Part shown: positions 1 through 11,823 of the stretch, piece by piece
Layout of the letters: the number at the start of each line of letters is the position of its first letter
Position numbering within the stretch: the first letter of the stretch is position 1
Source: Octopus sinensis
Lineage: Eukaryota
Length of the DNA stretch: 64,000 bases
Direction: 5' to 3'
Assembly (NCBI RefSeq): GCF_006345805.1
Contig: NC_042998.1
Span: 137,826,001 to 137,890,000 of the forward strand
Position numbers and translations under genes: made by a program
Notes under the pieces: model-generated
Told to the model about the DNA's origin: nothing
Database searches by the model: none
What the model saw: the letters and a program-made list of their open reading frames with translations, nothing else

Positions 1-319
1 GAAGAAGTACTCAGAAATTCAGGTGGAAGGTGGAGGGGAACCTATTAAGAAAGATTAGGAAGACATGGGAAGATGTGACAAAGGCTGAATCTCAGAAAGG
101 AGATGGTAAAGGACTAACAAGTGGTGAGATATGCTGGAGACAATTTATCCAAACCATCTAAGCATGGAAAAAGATATAAAAATGATGACTATTTTATTTT
201 TCTCGTCCCTCACTTCTCTCTCCTGCTGTGGTAACCATGTATCCCTATATCTGTTTCTGCTCCTCTATCAAACTTTAACCTCTCTTCACATGGCATAAAG
301 CTACCTCCCTCAATACTAG

Positions 320-565
320 TCACCTGCTCCTCAGTTGTGAGGTGGTTTTGTCTTGCAAGTTACTTGGTGACCTCACTAGTGCTAGTGCCATCTAAAAAGC
401 ACTCAGTACACTCTTTAAAGTGGTTGGCATTAGGAAGAACATCCATCCATTGTAACTGTGCCAAAGCAGACATTGGAGCTTGGCACAGTCCTCTGGTTTA
501 TCAGCTCCTATTAAATTGTTTAACCCATGCCAGCATGAAAAACAAACGTTAAAATGATGATGGTG
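320..565 (+). mobile_element. 3' UTR/tail fragment of the abundant RTE-clade LINE family
   Basis: Shares the motifs 'aaaagcac...gtggttggcattaggaag...catgccagcatg(g)aaa...cgttaaaatgatgat' with the 3' end of the LINE at 7361-8742. Confidence 0.6.
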
Positions 566-884
566 AAAGCAGTTATTTCATTTCAACATTAGTTATACAT
601 TAAACAAATTTAAGAAAAATATTATTACTGTGAAAGAAAACAGTGTTTAGGATTACCCTATGAATCTAGTCACCTTATATTGTGTAAAAACAGTTTTAGC
701 TAACAGTTGGAAACTTACTAATTTTGTTGTTGCTGATAAGCATTAATGTACAAATTATTGTACATTTAGAAGAAATATTCACTTTTCCATTCCTGTTTGT
801 TTTATATGTATATTTCCCTTTCCATTGTTTGTATATGAAATTTTATTTTTTTGACAATTTATATATGGATTTATTCATTTTTAG

Positions 885-1021
885 ATTTGAGAAGATAAAA
901 GAATTTGAGGCTCCAACACAGTTGTATTCTGCTTCACTCCATCACCAAAAAGATGTGTTTGTGTGTGGTGGTGAAGATTTTAAAATGTACAAGTATGATT
1001 ATGAGTCCGGAGCAGAAATTG
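885..1021 (+). CDS. STRAP: STRAP (serine/threonine kinase receptor-associated protein, WD40), penultimate coding exon
   Basis: Acceptor ttttag at 883-884 and donor G|gtgagt at 1022. Encodes FEKIKEFEAPTQLYSASLHHQKDVFVCGGEDFKMYKYDYESGAEI, matching the STRAP/UNRIP WD repeat (IKSFEAPATINSASLHPEKEFLVAGGEDFKLYKYDY). Earlier exons lie upstream of the window. Confidence 0.93.
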
Positions 1022-3404
1022 GTGAGTGTCATTTCTAACCTATTAAAAATATTTTCTAAATGTATCGAGCTTTTTATCTAAATTTGGGAACAAATAGGTT
1101 GCTGAAATTGAAAGCCATTTTCTTTTAGTTATTAAATACAGAAACAGCATTTAATCTTTTTGTAAGAAAATTTCACTGAAATACACTGCCTTTATTTCAA
1201 TAAATTTAAAAAATAATGAACAGTTTAGTAAAATAACTGGTGTTGAGAACATAAATAAAGATGGAAGTTTTGATGGAAGATTTTAACGTAGGTCACTTTA
1301 AAGCAGGAAGTTGATGTCATAGAACCAAAGGTGATTTCAAGTGGGTTGGTATCAAAAGGGTTTAAATTTTTCTAATCTAACCTGGTAGTGTTCTGCAAGA
1401 TCATAGATTTGTTGCTGGCTTATATTTTCCTTAAGACTTAAGATGAAGTCTCTTTAATGTTTGGTTCTCTGTATCAAGCTTGTCATATTTCCTCTCCAAA
1501 AAATTGTATTCTTCATTTTTATGTCTCTTATTCATTCTTGTATAGAATACTGAATACTGTTGTCATATCTGGGTTAGTGCTTCTGTTGGTATTCTGTCTC
1601 TCCTTTCTGAATTCAAAAGTGAGTTTCTAACACTGTTGGTCCTATTTTGGCAGCTAATCTTCACCTCTCTTGTTGCTGGGAAATTACTGTTTTATTCTAT
1701 AAATACTTCTACATTTGTTGTTTTGCCAAATTTTCTTTCTTGTTCTTTCTTACAGTTACTAATGAAATGACTTATCTTTCTATGAATTCTCATCCCTTCA
1801 CTGTGGTTGTATACCACACTTCTTATAAGTAGTGTTTTTAATCTTGTCTTTTCTAAAAACAAAATTCAATTAAAAAATATAATTTAACCAGGGGAAAAAA
1901 AAACATTAAAGGTTTACTGATGAGATGGCACAGGATAAGATAGTATCCTAGTTACATAATTACAAAGAAGAGGAAGAAGTTGAGCTGTGTTTTCTCCTTA
2001 ACTCTTTCTCAACAGATATATAACTGATTTTAGTAACTGCAACATTATGTAAAAATAAAAGCTATTACAATAAGATGCAAAATGAGGTCAATCATATACT
2101 TATTTCTTAGCTAGTTCAATCTACCAGTTATCTTTCATTGTTTTCTTGCAACAGTCATCCCTTGACAAAAATTGCAAACATTTTAGAAAAGCCAGTTTTT
2201 AACATCCCTAGCCTGTAGATTCAGGCTACTACACTACTTACAAAAAATAAACTAAAGATACATGATGACTTCCCACGACTACTGATGGCAAGAGAAAAGC
2301 TTTTGATTCTATTTCATGCTATGCTTTTACAAAACTAAAAAAAAAAGCTCAACACCTTAGAAAACAACTTAAAACACTGGCTAGGGAATGTAGTGTATAA
2401 AAGGGCTTTTTCAAAATTTGAAATTTCCTGAATGGAATACCATTGTGATCTGTCCTCTCACTGTCTCTTTTCAACATGGACTTACATGACCTTCCAGCTC
2501 TATAATTCCAAATATGGCAGGAGAACTATTCTTATACCACATCAATTCACATAAAATTTTAGGTCCAAAAACAATGGATGTAAAATAATCTAGTCCCAAC
2601 TTGCGTTGGGATGCACAGTACTGATAATGAGTGCAGAAGAACAGCTGTTGCATTTTTATTGGGTCCCCTTCTGTTGTGACCACCCACCAAAATCTGCAGG
2701 TGTGGAGAAATATCCTGGACAGTGGAGAGAGTGAAACACATCTTCATTACTGCAGCGTACTCCATACAATTTATTACTGCATGGTATATTTAGAAAACAG
2801 ATTTAGGTGTCACTCCAAGTTTAACTGGGTGTCTATATGCCATAAGGTTGCTCAATCAGAACTGGTTTTTGTTTTACTCATTACCAGAAAATGAATATAA
2901 ATAATAAAAATTTTCTTGTATTAGACACATTTAACTAAGGACATTTGAGATGACCTGTTACAAGGGAGTGCTGAATATGAGTTGGATGGCCTCTAGGATG
3001 AATGATTTAGTTCTAGAAGAGATGGGAACAGAATAAAAGTGGTTAACTATGGTCAGGCAGTGAGGATTGTAATATTTTTGCCACATTATCAGACCTCAGG
3101 ATCTTTGTACCTACATCCTCATAGGTTGGGAAGATGGAGTGATGACATGAAGACTGGGTGCAGAAGACTAGTCATGTGTATGACTGCAACACAAGTTTGA
3201 AACAAGGAGTGATGGTTGTGTCTGAGGTCCCAACACTCAGCCATGAGAATGGTTGTATTTGTTCGTTCATTATCTAATTATAAAATAATTAAAAACACTG
3301 ACTCTGACATCGCAATTTCAGTATTCTATTGTTCATGTTGCTATCCATCTTTATTTTTTACAATGTAATTTTTATTATTGTATTTTTTCTTTATTCTTTT
3401 GCAG

Positions 3405-3628
3405 AGTCCTTCAAGGGTCATTTTGGCCCTGTCCATTGTGTCCGGTTTTCTCCTGATGGGGAGCTTTATGCCAGTGGTAGTGAAGATGGTACTTTACGTC
3501 TGTGGCAAACAACTGTAGGCAAGACATATGGTCTTTGGAAGTGTGTCTTGGCAGATGAGACTAGCACACCAACTACAGATACAGTGCCACAGTCTGCGCC
3601 GCAACAAGCAGTCAAAGCTGAGGCTTAG
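3405..3628 (+). CDS. STRAP: STRAP terminal coding exon
   Basis: Polypyrimidine tract plus gcag acceptor at 3403-3404; phase is compatible with the previous exon (G+AG=Glu). Encodes [49 protein letters not shown]...VKAEA*, the hallmark STRAP C-terminus. Confidence 0.95.
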
Positions 3629-4199
3629 TCTGTTTGTTGCTCCCTCTTCACTCTGACAGCTCCAACTTTCTCTCCTTAAATTTCTTCCCAATTCCCGACA
3701 TTTAATTCCTTCCTCCTTTGCAAGCGATTTCTTCATCAATGCTTTTACTGTTGGTCCTCCTAATATTACACTTTAATTCAAAATAATCAAATTGATAGAA
3801 GATCCTCTCTGATATTTTTTTTTTTTATGTGGTATCATAATTACATGCGTACACACACACATAGACACTCATAAAAAAACAACAGCTATTACAATTAAAG
3901 GAAACTGTTCTATACTTTCACTTTTAGTTTTCTCTGCTGTGAGAAAGTAGTGTTATATCATGTCTGAGAAAGCAAGAACTGGTCTCATTAATTTGGCTAT
4001 TGCCCACCTGAAACTAGTTGTCCATTTTGTTGACCAGTCTCATTATGAACACTGCTGTGAAAGGGGATCACTCATTATTTCAGACAGCTGCTTCTTCATG
4101 AAGCAATGAATATAATATTTAAATATATATATAAAAAAAAAATACTTCTGGAAAAATATCCCATGGAACCTTAAAAAAAAAAAAGGTCACTAACTCTTT

Positions 4200-4205
4200 A
4201 ATAAA
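4200..4205 (+). promoter_or_regulatory. Candidate polyadenylation signal of STRAP
   Basis: AATAAA about 570 nt after the stop (another at 4267-4272). The region is very A-rich, so chance occurrence is likely. Confidence 0.25.
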
Positions 4206-4512
4206 AGCAACCATATCCAAAAACTGGAAAAAAAGATCCACAAATGTAAGAAAAAAATGAAATGAAAATAAATTTTAAAAAAATATAATAAAAAATGTTC
4301 TGGAAAAAAATATCTCAGACCAATCTTTTGTCTCTCATTAGAACATTTTTCTTACTATCTCTTAGCTGTTAAAATATTGAAATTTATCTAAGAAGGGATT
4401 GTTTATTAATTCAGTATCATGTTACTCTATTGAGATGAATTTTTAAAAACTTTTTGTATCCTGAAGTCAACACAATTATCTATAACCTATCCAAATGAAT
4501 TCATTAACGCAT

Positions 4513-4713
4513 CAGGGGTGCTGAAAAGTTCCTAGCTTTAGCAAAAGAAAATACAGGAGGATCAGTGAATTATGATTTTATTCAATGTATTCTTACAGTT
4601 ATTGCAGCTGTCGTTCAGTTTTTTTTTTAAGCCCTGTAAAAGAATTTGGAAGGTTAGGCCTCCAACCAGGCCTTTCATGATACCCTTAAAAGCAGGAACT
4701 TTTCAGTACCCTG
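4513..4713. mobile_element. About 200-bp MITE with mariner-like TIRs
   Basis: Left end caggggtgctgaaaagttcctagcttta; reverse complement of the right end is cagggtactgaaaagttcctgctttta. No coding capacity. Confidence 0.75.
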
Positions 4714-7360
4714 TCATATATATATGTGTGTGGGTGTGTGTGTGTGTATGTATATATATATATGTATATGAATTGGCTGTATGGTTGAGAAGTTGGTTTC
4801 CCAGTTCTGTGAGGCATCTTGAGCAAGTGTCTTCTGCTATACTCCCAAGCCAAATTAAATCTTATGAGTGGATTTGATACATAGAAACTGAAAAGAAACC
4901 TGCTGAATATATAATATGTATGTGCATATGTTTTTTTTTTTTATACCTGCACTCACTTGAAAGAAGTTGAGTGTTAATGTTGGCACTTCTGTCGAACTTC
5001 TTGCTTTGTACCCTCAAAGGCATTGGCATAAGAGATTCCTTACAGGAAAAACGTAAGGGTTAGTATCAAGAAGGGCTATAAAGTTGCAAAATGATACCTC
5101 AATATCATATTTGTCTAACCATGCTAGCATGGAAAAATGGACATAAAACAAATGAATAAATATATTGAAAATAGAATGAATGCTGAAAGTTGATTGAATG
5201 TGAAGAAAGGTAGTAAAGATGTCAGTAAAAGATCTTTGCACTCCCCCCCCCTCCTGGCTATTAGAGCCACTCAACTCCAACTAGAATGATTCTTAATGTT
5301 GTTTTTACATTTATTTTAGTTTTATTCTAAATTACCCTTTTGAAACTGTGAGAATGTTAGAGCAGGTATGATAGGGTTTGACCATATCTCTGGGTGACAC
5401 TGAATGATTTTATTTTTACAGTACACTGATTGGCAGAAACATCATTAATTTCAGCTGTAATCACAAAACAATGAAGTTGTCTGCTTTTCCATCTTCCAGG
5501 GGTGTAATCAAACAAAATTGTACTTGCTAAAACGTACTTTGGGGTTCAAAGGAGTTAATATATATGGTTGTGTGGTAAAATGTTTGCTTCCTAATGATAG
5601 GGTTCTGGGTTCAGTTCTACTGTGTGGACCTTGGGTAAGTGTCTTCCACTACAGCCTGGGGTTGACCAAAGCCTTGAGTGGATTTAGTAGACAGAAACTG
5701 AAAGAAGTCTGTCTTATATATGTATGTATATATATATATTTTTTTGTGTGTGTATATATTTTTATTTGTTCCTCCATCATTGTTGCAATCCAATGAGTGA
5801 AAACTAGTTAAAGGAATTGGGTAATTTTGCCAATTTGGATATTTGCATGAATTCTTTGAGTGTTTTACTCAAATATAAAATGAGAGTGAAAACTATTTTT
5901 TATTTGTGGAAATTGAATTAAAAGTAATACGTTTTAAAATATGTTACATTAATCAACATTGTAAAAACTTTGGTTGCACAATATTTTGTTCCTGTTACAT
6001 TCCCTGTCAGGTTATATATTTTTCTGCACTAACAGGTTGAACAGTCTGGAAACATTTTTCATTTGAAAAATTTTTCAGACTTATAATTTGAGGATCCACA
6101 TTTAGATGCCTTACCTATTATCAACTCATGTAACTGAAGGTTAAGGATTATTTGTAACATCAATACTAAAGACATGTCCTTGTAGTGGAACTGGAACCTT
6201 CACTTCATACTAGTTTGAACAAGTGAAAATGGAATGATTCAAGTGTGTATGTTGATTCAAAATTTCTGCTAAGGTCAATTTTCATTTAATATTGTACTTT
6301 TTGGAGGGAAGGGGAAGCTCAGGGAACTATTACTTCTGCTGACAAGAGGATTTTCTCTGCAAGTAAAAGGTAGATTGAACTGTAGTGTTGCATGATAATG
6401 AATTTTGGTTACCAAATGCAGGAGGTGTGCAAAGTCTGAACAGAAATGAAACATGCATGTCAGAGTGTATGAATGACAAATTACAGATGTCTGGAAACAA
6501 AAGTATAGTGTGCAAAAAGAGATGGCTATATTGGTATGGACTTGTAATATAGATGGGTGAAGCGCCAAGAAATTAATGGTGAAGAGTGAATCTCTCACTA
6601 GCAAAAGGAGGTAAAGTCAAATTACTTCCCAACCACATGCTTTCAGGGTCAATCCCACTGTGCATCACCTTCGGCAAGTGTCTTCTGCTATATCCTTGGA
6701 TTGATCAAAGCCTTGTGAGTGAACTTCATCATCATCATTGTCTGTTTTCCGTGCTAGCATGGGTTGAACGGTTCGACCGGGGTCTGGGAAGCCAGGAGGC
6801 TGCACCAGGCTCCAGTCTGATCTGGCAGTTTCTACAGCTGGATGCCCTTCCTAATGCCAACCACTCCGAGAGTGCAGTGGGTGCACGAGGGCCAGTCTGG
6901 CAGTACTGGCTGTTTCTTTATGTGCCACCTGCACAGGCAATGACCTCGCCCAAATGTTTTGTTCACGTGCCAGTAAGGTGACGCTGGTAACGATCACACT
7001 CAAATGGTGCTTTTTACGTGCCCACCGGCATGGAAGCCAGACAGCTGCTCTGGCAGTGATTCCGCTCGGATAAGCCCATTTTGTATGTGTGCATGACTTA
7101 GTGGTTAGGGTGTTGCACTCTTGATTCGAAGATTCTGATTTTGATTCCTGGACTGGGTGATGTCATTCATGAGCAAAACATGTAATTTCATGTTGCTCCA
7201 GTTCACTCAACTGGTAAAAATGAGTAATTCCATGATAGACCAGTATCCTGTCCAGGAGTGGAATATATATACACCACAGAATCTGGGGAAACTAGTCTTG
7301 TGAGTCTCTAGTTTGGGGAAGGACCTTTGATCCTTTTGAGATATATATATTTATCATAGT

Positions 7361-8742
7361 CCTCCAGGCAATAACGGAGGAATTCAAGACAGGATGCCCC
7401 TGGGAGCTCCTCTATGCTGATGACCTTGCTCTAATTGCTGAGTCATTATCAGAACTGGAGAAGAAGTTTCAGGTGTGGAAGCATGGTTTAGAATCGAAGG
7501 GCCTTAGAGTCAACCTAGCTAAAACCAAAGTCGTAATAAGTAGGAAGGTAGACAAATCACAAACGCCTTCAGGTAGATGGCTCTGCTCGATCTGTAGAAA
7601 AGGTGTAGGTAGAAACTCTATAAGATGCACCAAGTGTAAGCTATGGACACAAGAGGTGCAGCAATGTCATAGGAAGGCTAACTAGGAAGATGGTTTTTGT
7701 ATGTGGCAGATGCTCAGGAGCATTAACCTCTGAAAATCTGCAGAAAACAACTTCTGTCACTTTCCAGGGGGAAAAACTAGAAGTAGTTGATAGCTTCCGT
7801 TATCTTGGTGACCAAGTCAGAGTAAAAGGCAGACTGTATGATGCATGTGTACGAACAGCCATGCTACATGGCAGTGAAACATGGGCCATGACTGCTGAGG
7901 ACATGCGTAAGCTCGCGAGAAATGAAGCTAGTATGCTCCGTTGGATGTGTAATGTCAGTGTTCATAGTCGACAGAGTGTAAGTACCTTGAGAGAAAAGTT
8001 GGACCTAAGAGGCATCAGATGTTGTGGGCAAGAGAGATGATTGCGCTGGTATGGTCATGTGGTGAGAATGGATGAAGATAGGTGTGTGAAAAAGTGCCAC
8101 ACCCTGGCAGTTGAGGGGACCTGTGGAAGAGGTAGACCCAGGAAAACCTGGGTCGAGGTGGTGAAGCACGACCTTCGAACTCTAGGTCTCACCAAGGAAA
8201 TGACCAGAGACCGAGACCTATGGAAGTATGCTGTGCGTGAGAAGACCAGTGAGAACAATCAAATCATATATCAGAAAGCAGGGGTTAAGTGACCCATCCG
8301 TTCGTGTCCGCTGTCAGCCTACCGTGCCGGTGATACGTAAAAGCACCATTCGCTCGTGGCCGTTTGCCAGGCTCCCGTGTCGGTGGCACGTAAAAGTACC
8401 ATCCGTTCGTGTTCGTTGCCAGCCTCGCCTAGCACCGTCCGTTCGTGGCCGTTTGCCAGCTGTCTGGCAACCGTGTCGGTGGCACGTAAAAGCACCATCC
8501 GTTCGTGTCCATTGCCAGCATCGCCTGGCCCCCGTGCCGGTGACACGTAAAAGCACCATCCGTTCGTCAGCTCTGTCTGGCACGTAAAAAACACCCACTA
8601 CACTCGCGGAGTGGTTGGCGTTAGGTAGGACATCCAGCCGTAGAAACACTGCCTGACGAAGCCTTCCAGCTTCACAGACCCCAGTTGACCTGTCCAACCC
8701 ATGCTAGCATGGAAAGCGGACGCTAAATGATGATGATGATGA
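7361..8742 (+). mobile_element. 5'-truncated RTE-clade LINE (RT C-terminal half, 3' UTR with internal minisatellite, (TGA)n tail)
   Basis: Broken frames give PWELLYADDLALIAESLSELEKKFQVWKHGLESKGLRVNLAKTK, RLYDACVRTAMLHGSETWAM, RWYGHVVRM and GRGRPRKTW. Ends in catgctagcatggaaagcggacgctaaa(tga)n. Confidence 0.9.
8295..8596 (+). repeat. CpG-rich minisatellite (about 6 units of 35-60 bp) inside the LINE 3' UTR
   Basis: Repeated unit catccgttcgtg...gccag/cc...gtg(c/t)cggtggcacgtaaaagcac. Confidence 0.9.
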
Positions 8743-8774
8743 TATATATATATACTGATTAGAAGATCGAAAAT

Positions 8775-8818
8775 CCACCTGAAGATTGTCGGTAGCAGAC
8801 ATGAAACATTTGTAGTGG
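8775..8818 (+). ncRNA. Minimal type-I hammerhead ribozyme motif (Penelope/retrozyme-like), slightly degenerate
   Basis: ccac-CTGAAGA-t-tgtc(ggtagca)gaca-t-GAAA-c(attt)g-TA-gtgg. Stem I is ccac/gtgg, stem II tgtc/gaca, the short stem III is ac/gt, and the cleavage triplet is GUA (8812-8814). The base pair closing stem II is U-U rather than G-C. Confidence 0.65.
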
Positions 8819-9371
8819 CGGTTTATTTAATTTATATTAAAATTTTATGTATTGATTAAGTCTTTCCTTGTTTGGTTTTAAAATAGTGGTTTTGTCTCGA
8901 ATTATATTATATAATATTTTACTATAAAATTGGATTTAACCCTAAATCTGATTTTTCCCTGTAATTTTGGATTCATTCCCTAATATTTATTATTATTTAT
9001 ATATATATATATATAGCGCATGTGTTTTGGTACCTCAACATTGTGAAATAATTATAAACAATTATCATCATCATCATTCAAGCAGAGTTCAACATGTCCA
9101 GCCATGAGAAAATATTACCTTGATTGGAAGCAGCAAAGGAATCCAGTTAAATCTGTCTCGACAAATTCCATCTGACTCGTGCAAACATGGACAAGAGTTG
9201 TTAAGACGACGATGATTACATATCTAGTTATAGCATCTCAAACTTAACAGAAAATAAAAATGTTTAAATGAAAACAAAACACATTGATATATATAATATA
9301 CATATTCCCTATTTTAATTTATTATCTAAAATCATCTCATCTGTTCTATCTTGCTGAGATATTGTAGATGT

Positions 9372-9473
9372 TCATTCTGCTGGCTCAAATGTATAGTGTA
9401 CAACAGGTTTTACATCAGCTGCATCACCACCTCTTTCTATATGGAGATTGTTGAAAGGATATTGTTTAGGCAT
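9372..9473 (-). CDS. NDUFB8: NDUFB8 exon 5 (terminal)
   Basis: Acceptor ttttattgcag. Encodes MPKQYPFNNLHIERGGDAADVKPVVHYTFEPAE*, matching the NDUFB8 C-terminus (PKQYPYNNLYLERGG...VVHY). Confidence 0.93.
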   Translation of the reverse strand: MPKQYPFNNLHIERGGDAADVKPVVHYTFEPAE

Positions 9474-10439
9474 CTGCAATAAAAGTGATCAACAAATCAT
9501 TAATATATATATACACACATTATTCTAAAGCATTTTTCATCAGATGTCAAATTATTCCTCTTTCACATCCAACAGCTGTCAAATTGTTTTCCATCCTGAA
9601 CCTGTACAAGTTAATTAATTATGGACACAGGCACAGTTGAGTGGTTAAGTCTGCACTGCAATCATGAGGTTCCATGTTTGATCTTACTGCATGACTTCAT
9701 GTCCCAAGTGCCTTTATCATAGCTTTAGGTTGGACCAAGTCTTGTAAGTGAAAGAGGGATGTAAAAATTTTAAATCTTGTGATACAAAGGTCCAGATTGT
9801 CATACTTGTGTTACATTGATTTCATTTAAGAATTATATTAAGGGAACACACGTCTGTGGAATACTCAGCCACTTTGCATGCTAATTCAGTAAAGAGGTCA
9901 TCCAGTTGATTGAGCAATTGGATGATGCTCAAAGATTGAAATTGATAGGAGTATCCATCACTACTTAATCCCATCTGTCTGTCTCTCCGAGACACCAACT
10001 CTCCAAACACTCTTGACCTACTCTACTTAACTGAAGCACCTTCTACTCTCACCATTTGGTGCTTCTGGTCAGTAAACCAGTTGTTCTGCAAACACTACAT
10101 AGCTGTCTTTATGAGAGTCAGAAATGAAGTATGTGAAAATACCATCTTCTTAGATATATCTCTCCACATCTCTCAAGTAACCTCAATGTGGTTTACTCAG
10201 CTATACATATGAAGGACACTGCCTAAAACACAAAGAGATAGTCCCCTCCTACCACTAAATTATGGAGCCTTACTCAGTACTCGCAAAACGACTGTCAAGA
10301 AAAAAATTTTTAAATTTTCTATCACATAGTTTGCATACCTCACTTTCCAAATTAAGAATGGAACTTCTTGTCCTAATGATTGTAATATTCATCACCAGTA
10401 CATTTCAACCAATATATATCACTCTTAAAAAATAAAGCT

Positions 10440-11000
10440 ATCATTAATTTCCATGTTGCTTTCAATTCCACATTGCATGCACACAACACTTGGATTTCCA
10501 TATCATCATAAAGTGTTTCAACCTCTCATGAGGATCTACACCAATCTCTAGACACGTCACAGTGTGTCCATTCATAATGGTAATCTCTCCGACTCTGTTA
10601 CATACCAATCTATTACACTCGCATTCAAATTTCATATTACCATACACCCCTCCCCATAGTTTCTAGTTACTTCCCTTAATCACTGGTTGTCAAGTATAGC
10701 TTTTGTATAACCAGATCTACTGAACATCTGGCACACCTACACTGGTAAACTTTTGTGAGAACTCTCATCTTAAAATTATTATTTTGACATCAACAGAGCC
10801 TTTGAATTTGTTTGCACCAGTGGGTTTGTTCGTCTTATCTTTTAGATCAGACAATTGTAGTGGGCAGTAATGAGACTTTCTTCAACCAAAATCTTTTAAC
10901 CTTAAATACTACAGGATTGGCTTCCACCTCACAACCCACACATCCATTCTGGTATATATGATTCCATTCATCACTCTTCTTTAAATTCCTAACATGAAAA
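10440..11000 (-). mobile_element. Highly decayed RTE-like reverse transcriptase remnant in NDUFB8 intron 4
   Basis: Minus-strand fragments resemble RT motifs in the expected order (QFGF-like, PL...KA-like, MYG..K.....RVGE-like), with many stops. Confidence 0.4.
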
Positions 11001-11823
11001 TTATCCATATGCAACCTAGAGCTCTGTTATTTGGTCTGCTTCAATGATGTTGTCTCAAAATAATCGTCCAACAGGGATGTAGCAAACTGGTCTTCAACAA
11101 CATCAAGACACAAATTGCATGCTAACTAAACAGTCTTGTACTACACTATGCATGGGTAATATGTTTGAAACACTAAATTTTGCTACAAATGCAAAGCCTA
11201 GGAGTATTTGATCTTTCATGGCATTCACACCTGTATGACACAGCCCAAACTACATCAACTAAAAGGTATATTACTTCTTCAGGAATGATTAGTCGCTAAT
11301 CCTCTACAAAGTTTAAATGTGATTCACAGTTCATGTGGGTTAGTGTTACTGCTGTTGCTACATGTATACAAAGTCTAGCCACAACCTAAAAAGTTGATCA
11401 AAACAATGCCTGGACAAACTATCTTAGGCTAACCAAGAACATGTGTGTGTGTGTGTGTGGGGGGGGATAGCCTAACAGATTAAGAATCAAATTAAAAACT
11501 CCACAGATTTATTTATTATTTGTAACTAATAAATGACATCATATAGAATTTATCACTGATTTAATTATTTGCAAGTCCAGGGCTCATTTTATAACAAAAA
11601 CAAAATAACCTTTTAAGTCAGGAGTTCTTACAAAATTTTTTAATTGTTTCACTATTTGTAATGTTACAACTCTATTCTTACATTTATGTAGTATATATCA
11701 TATAGCTATATATATAAATTTAAAAAATAATTTGCCAGCGTTCCCTTCATCATACATGCGGTAATCACATTCAATTAAAATGGCTTATCAATGTGTTTTG
11801 TTTCTCATTTCTTAATTTATCTA

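Noticed and set aside
3139-3225. C/D-box snoRNA-like pair (GTGATGA ... CTGA) in the STRAP intron
   Set aside because: The C box lies in a decayed LINE ORF end (GRWSDDMK, like RW.DDI) and the terminal stem is only 3 bp.
3494-3739. Antisense ORF over the STRAP last exon
   Set aside because: Shadow of the real exon and UTR; no recognisable domain.
6586-6981. 131-aa ORF (and similar ORFs at 20272-20506, 43592-44053, 60581-60946, 8228-8697)
   Set aside because: Translations of SINE bodies, LINE UTRs and microsatellites; the same pseudo-peptides (LQLDALPNANH, YIYIYI) recur at every repeat copy.
8295-8596. CRISPR-like repeat array
   Set aside because: Eukaryotic context; units are degenerate tandem copies without unique spacers; no cas genes.
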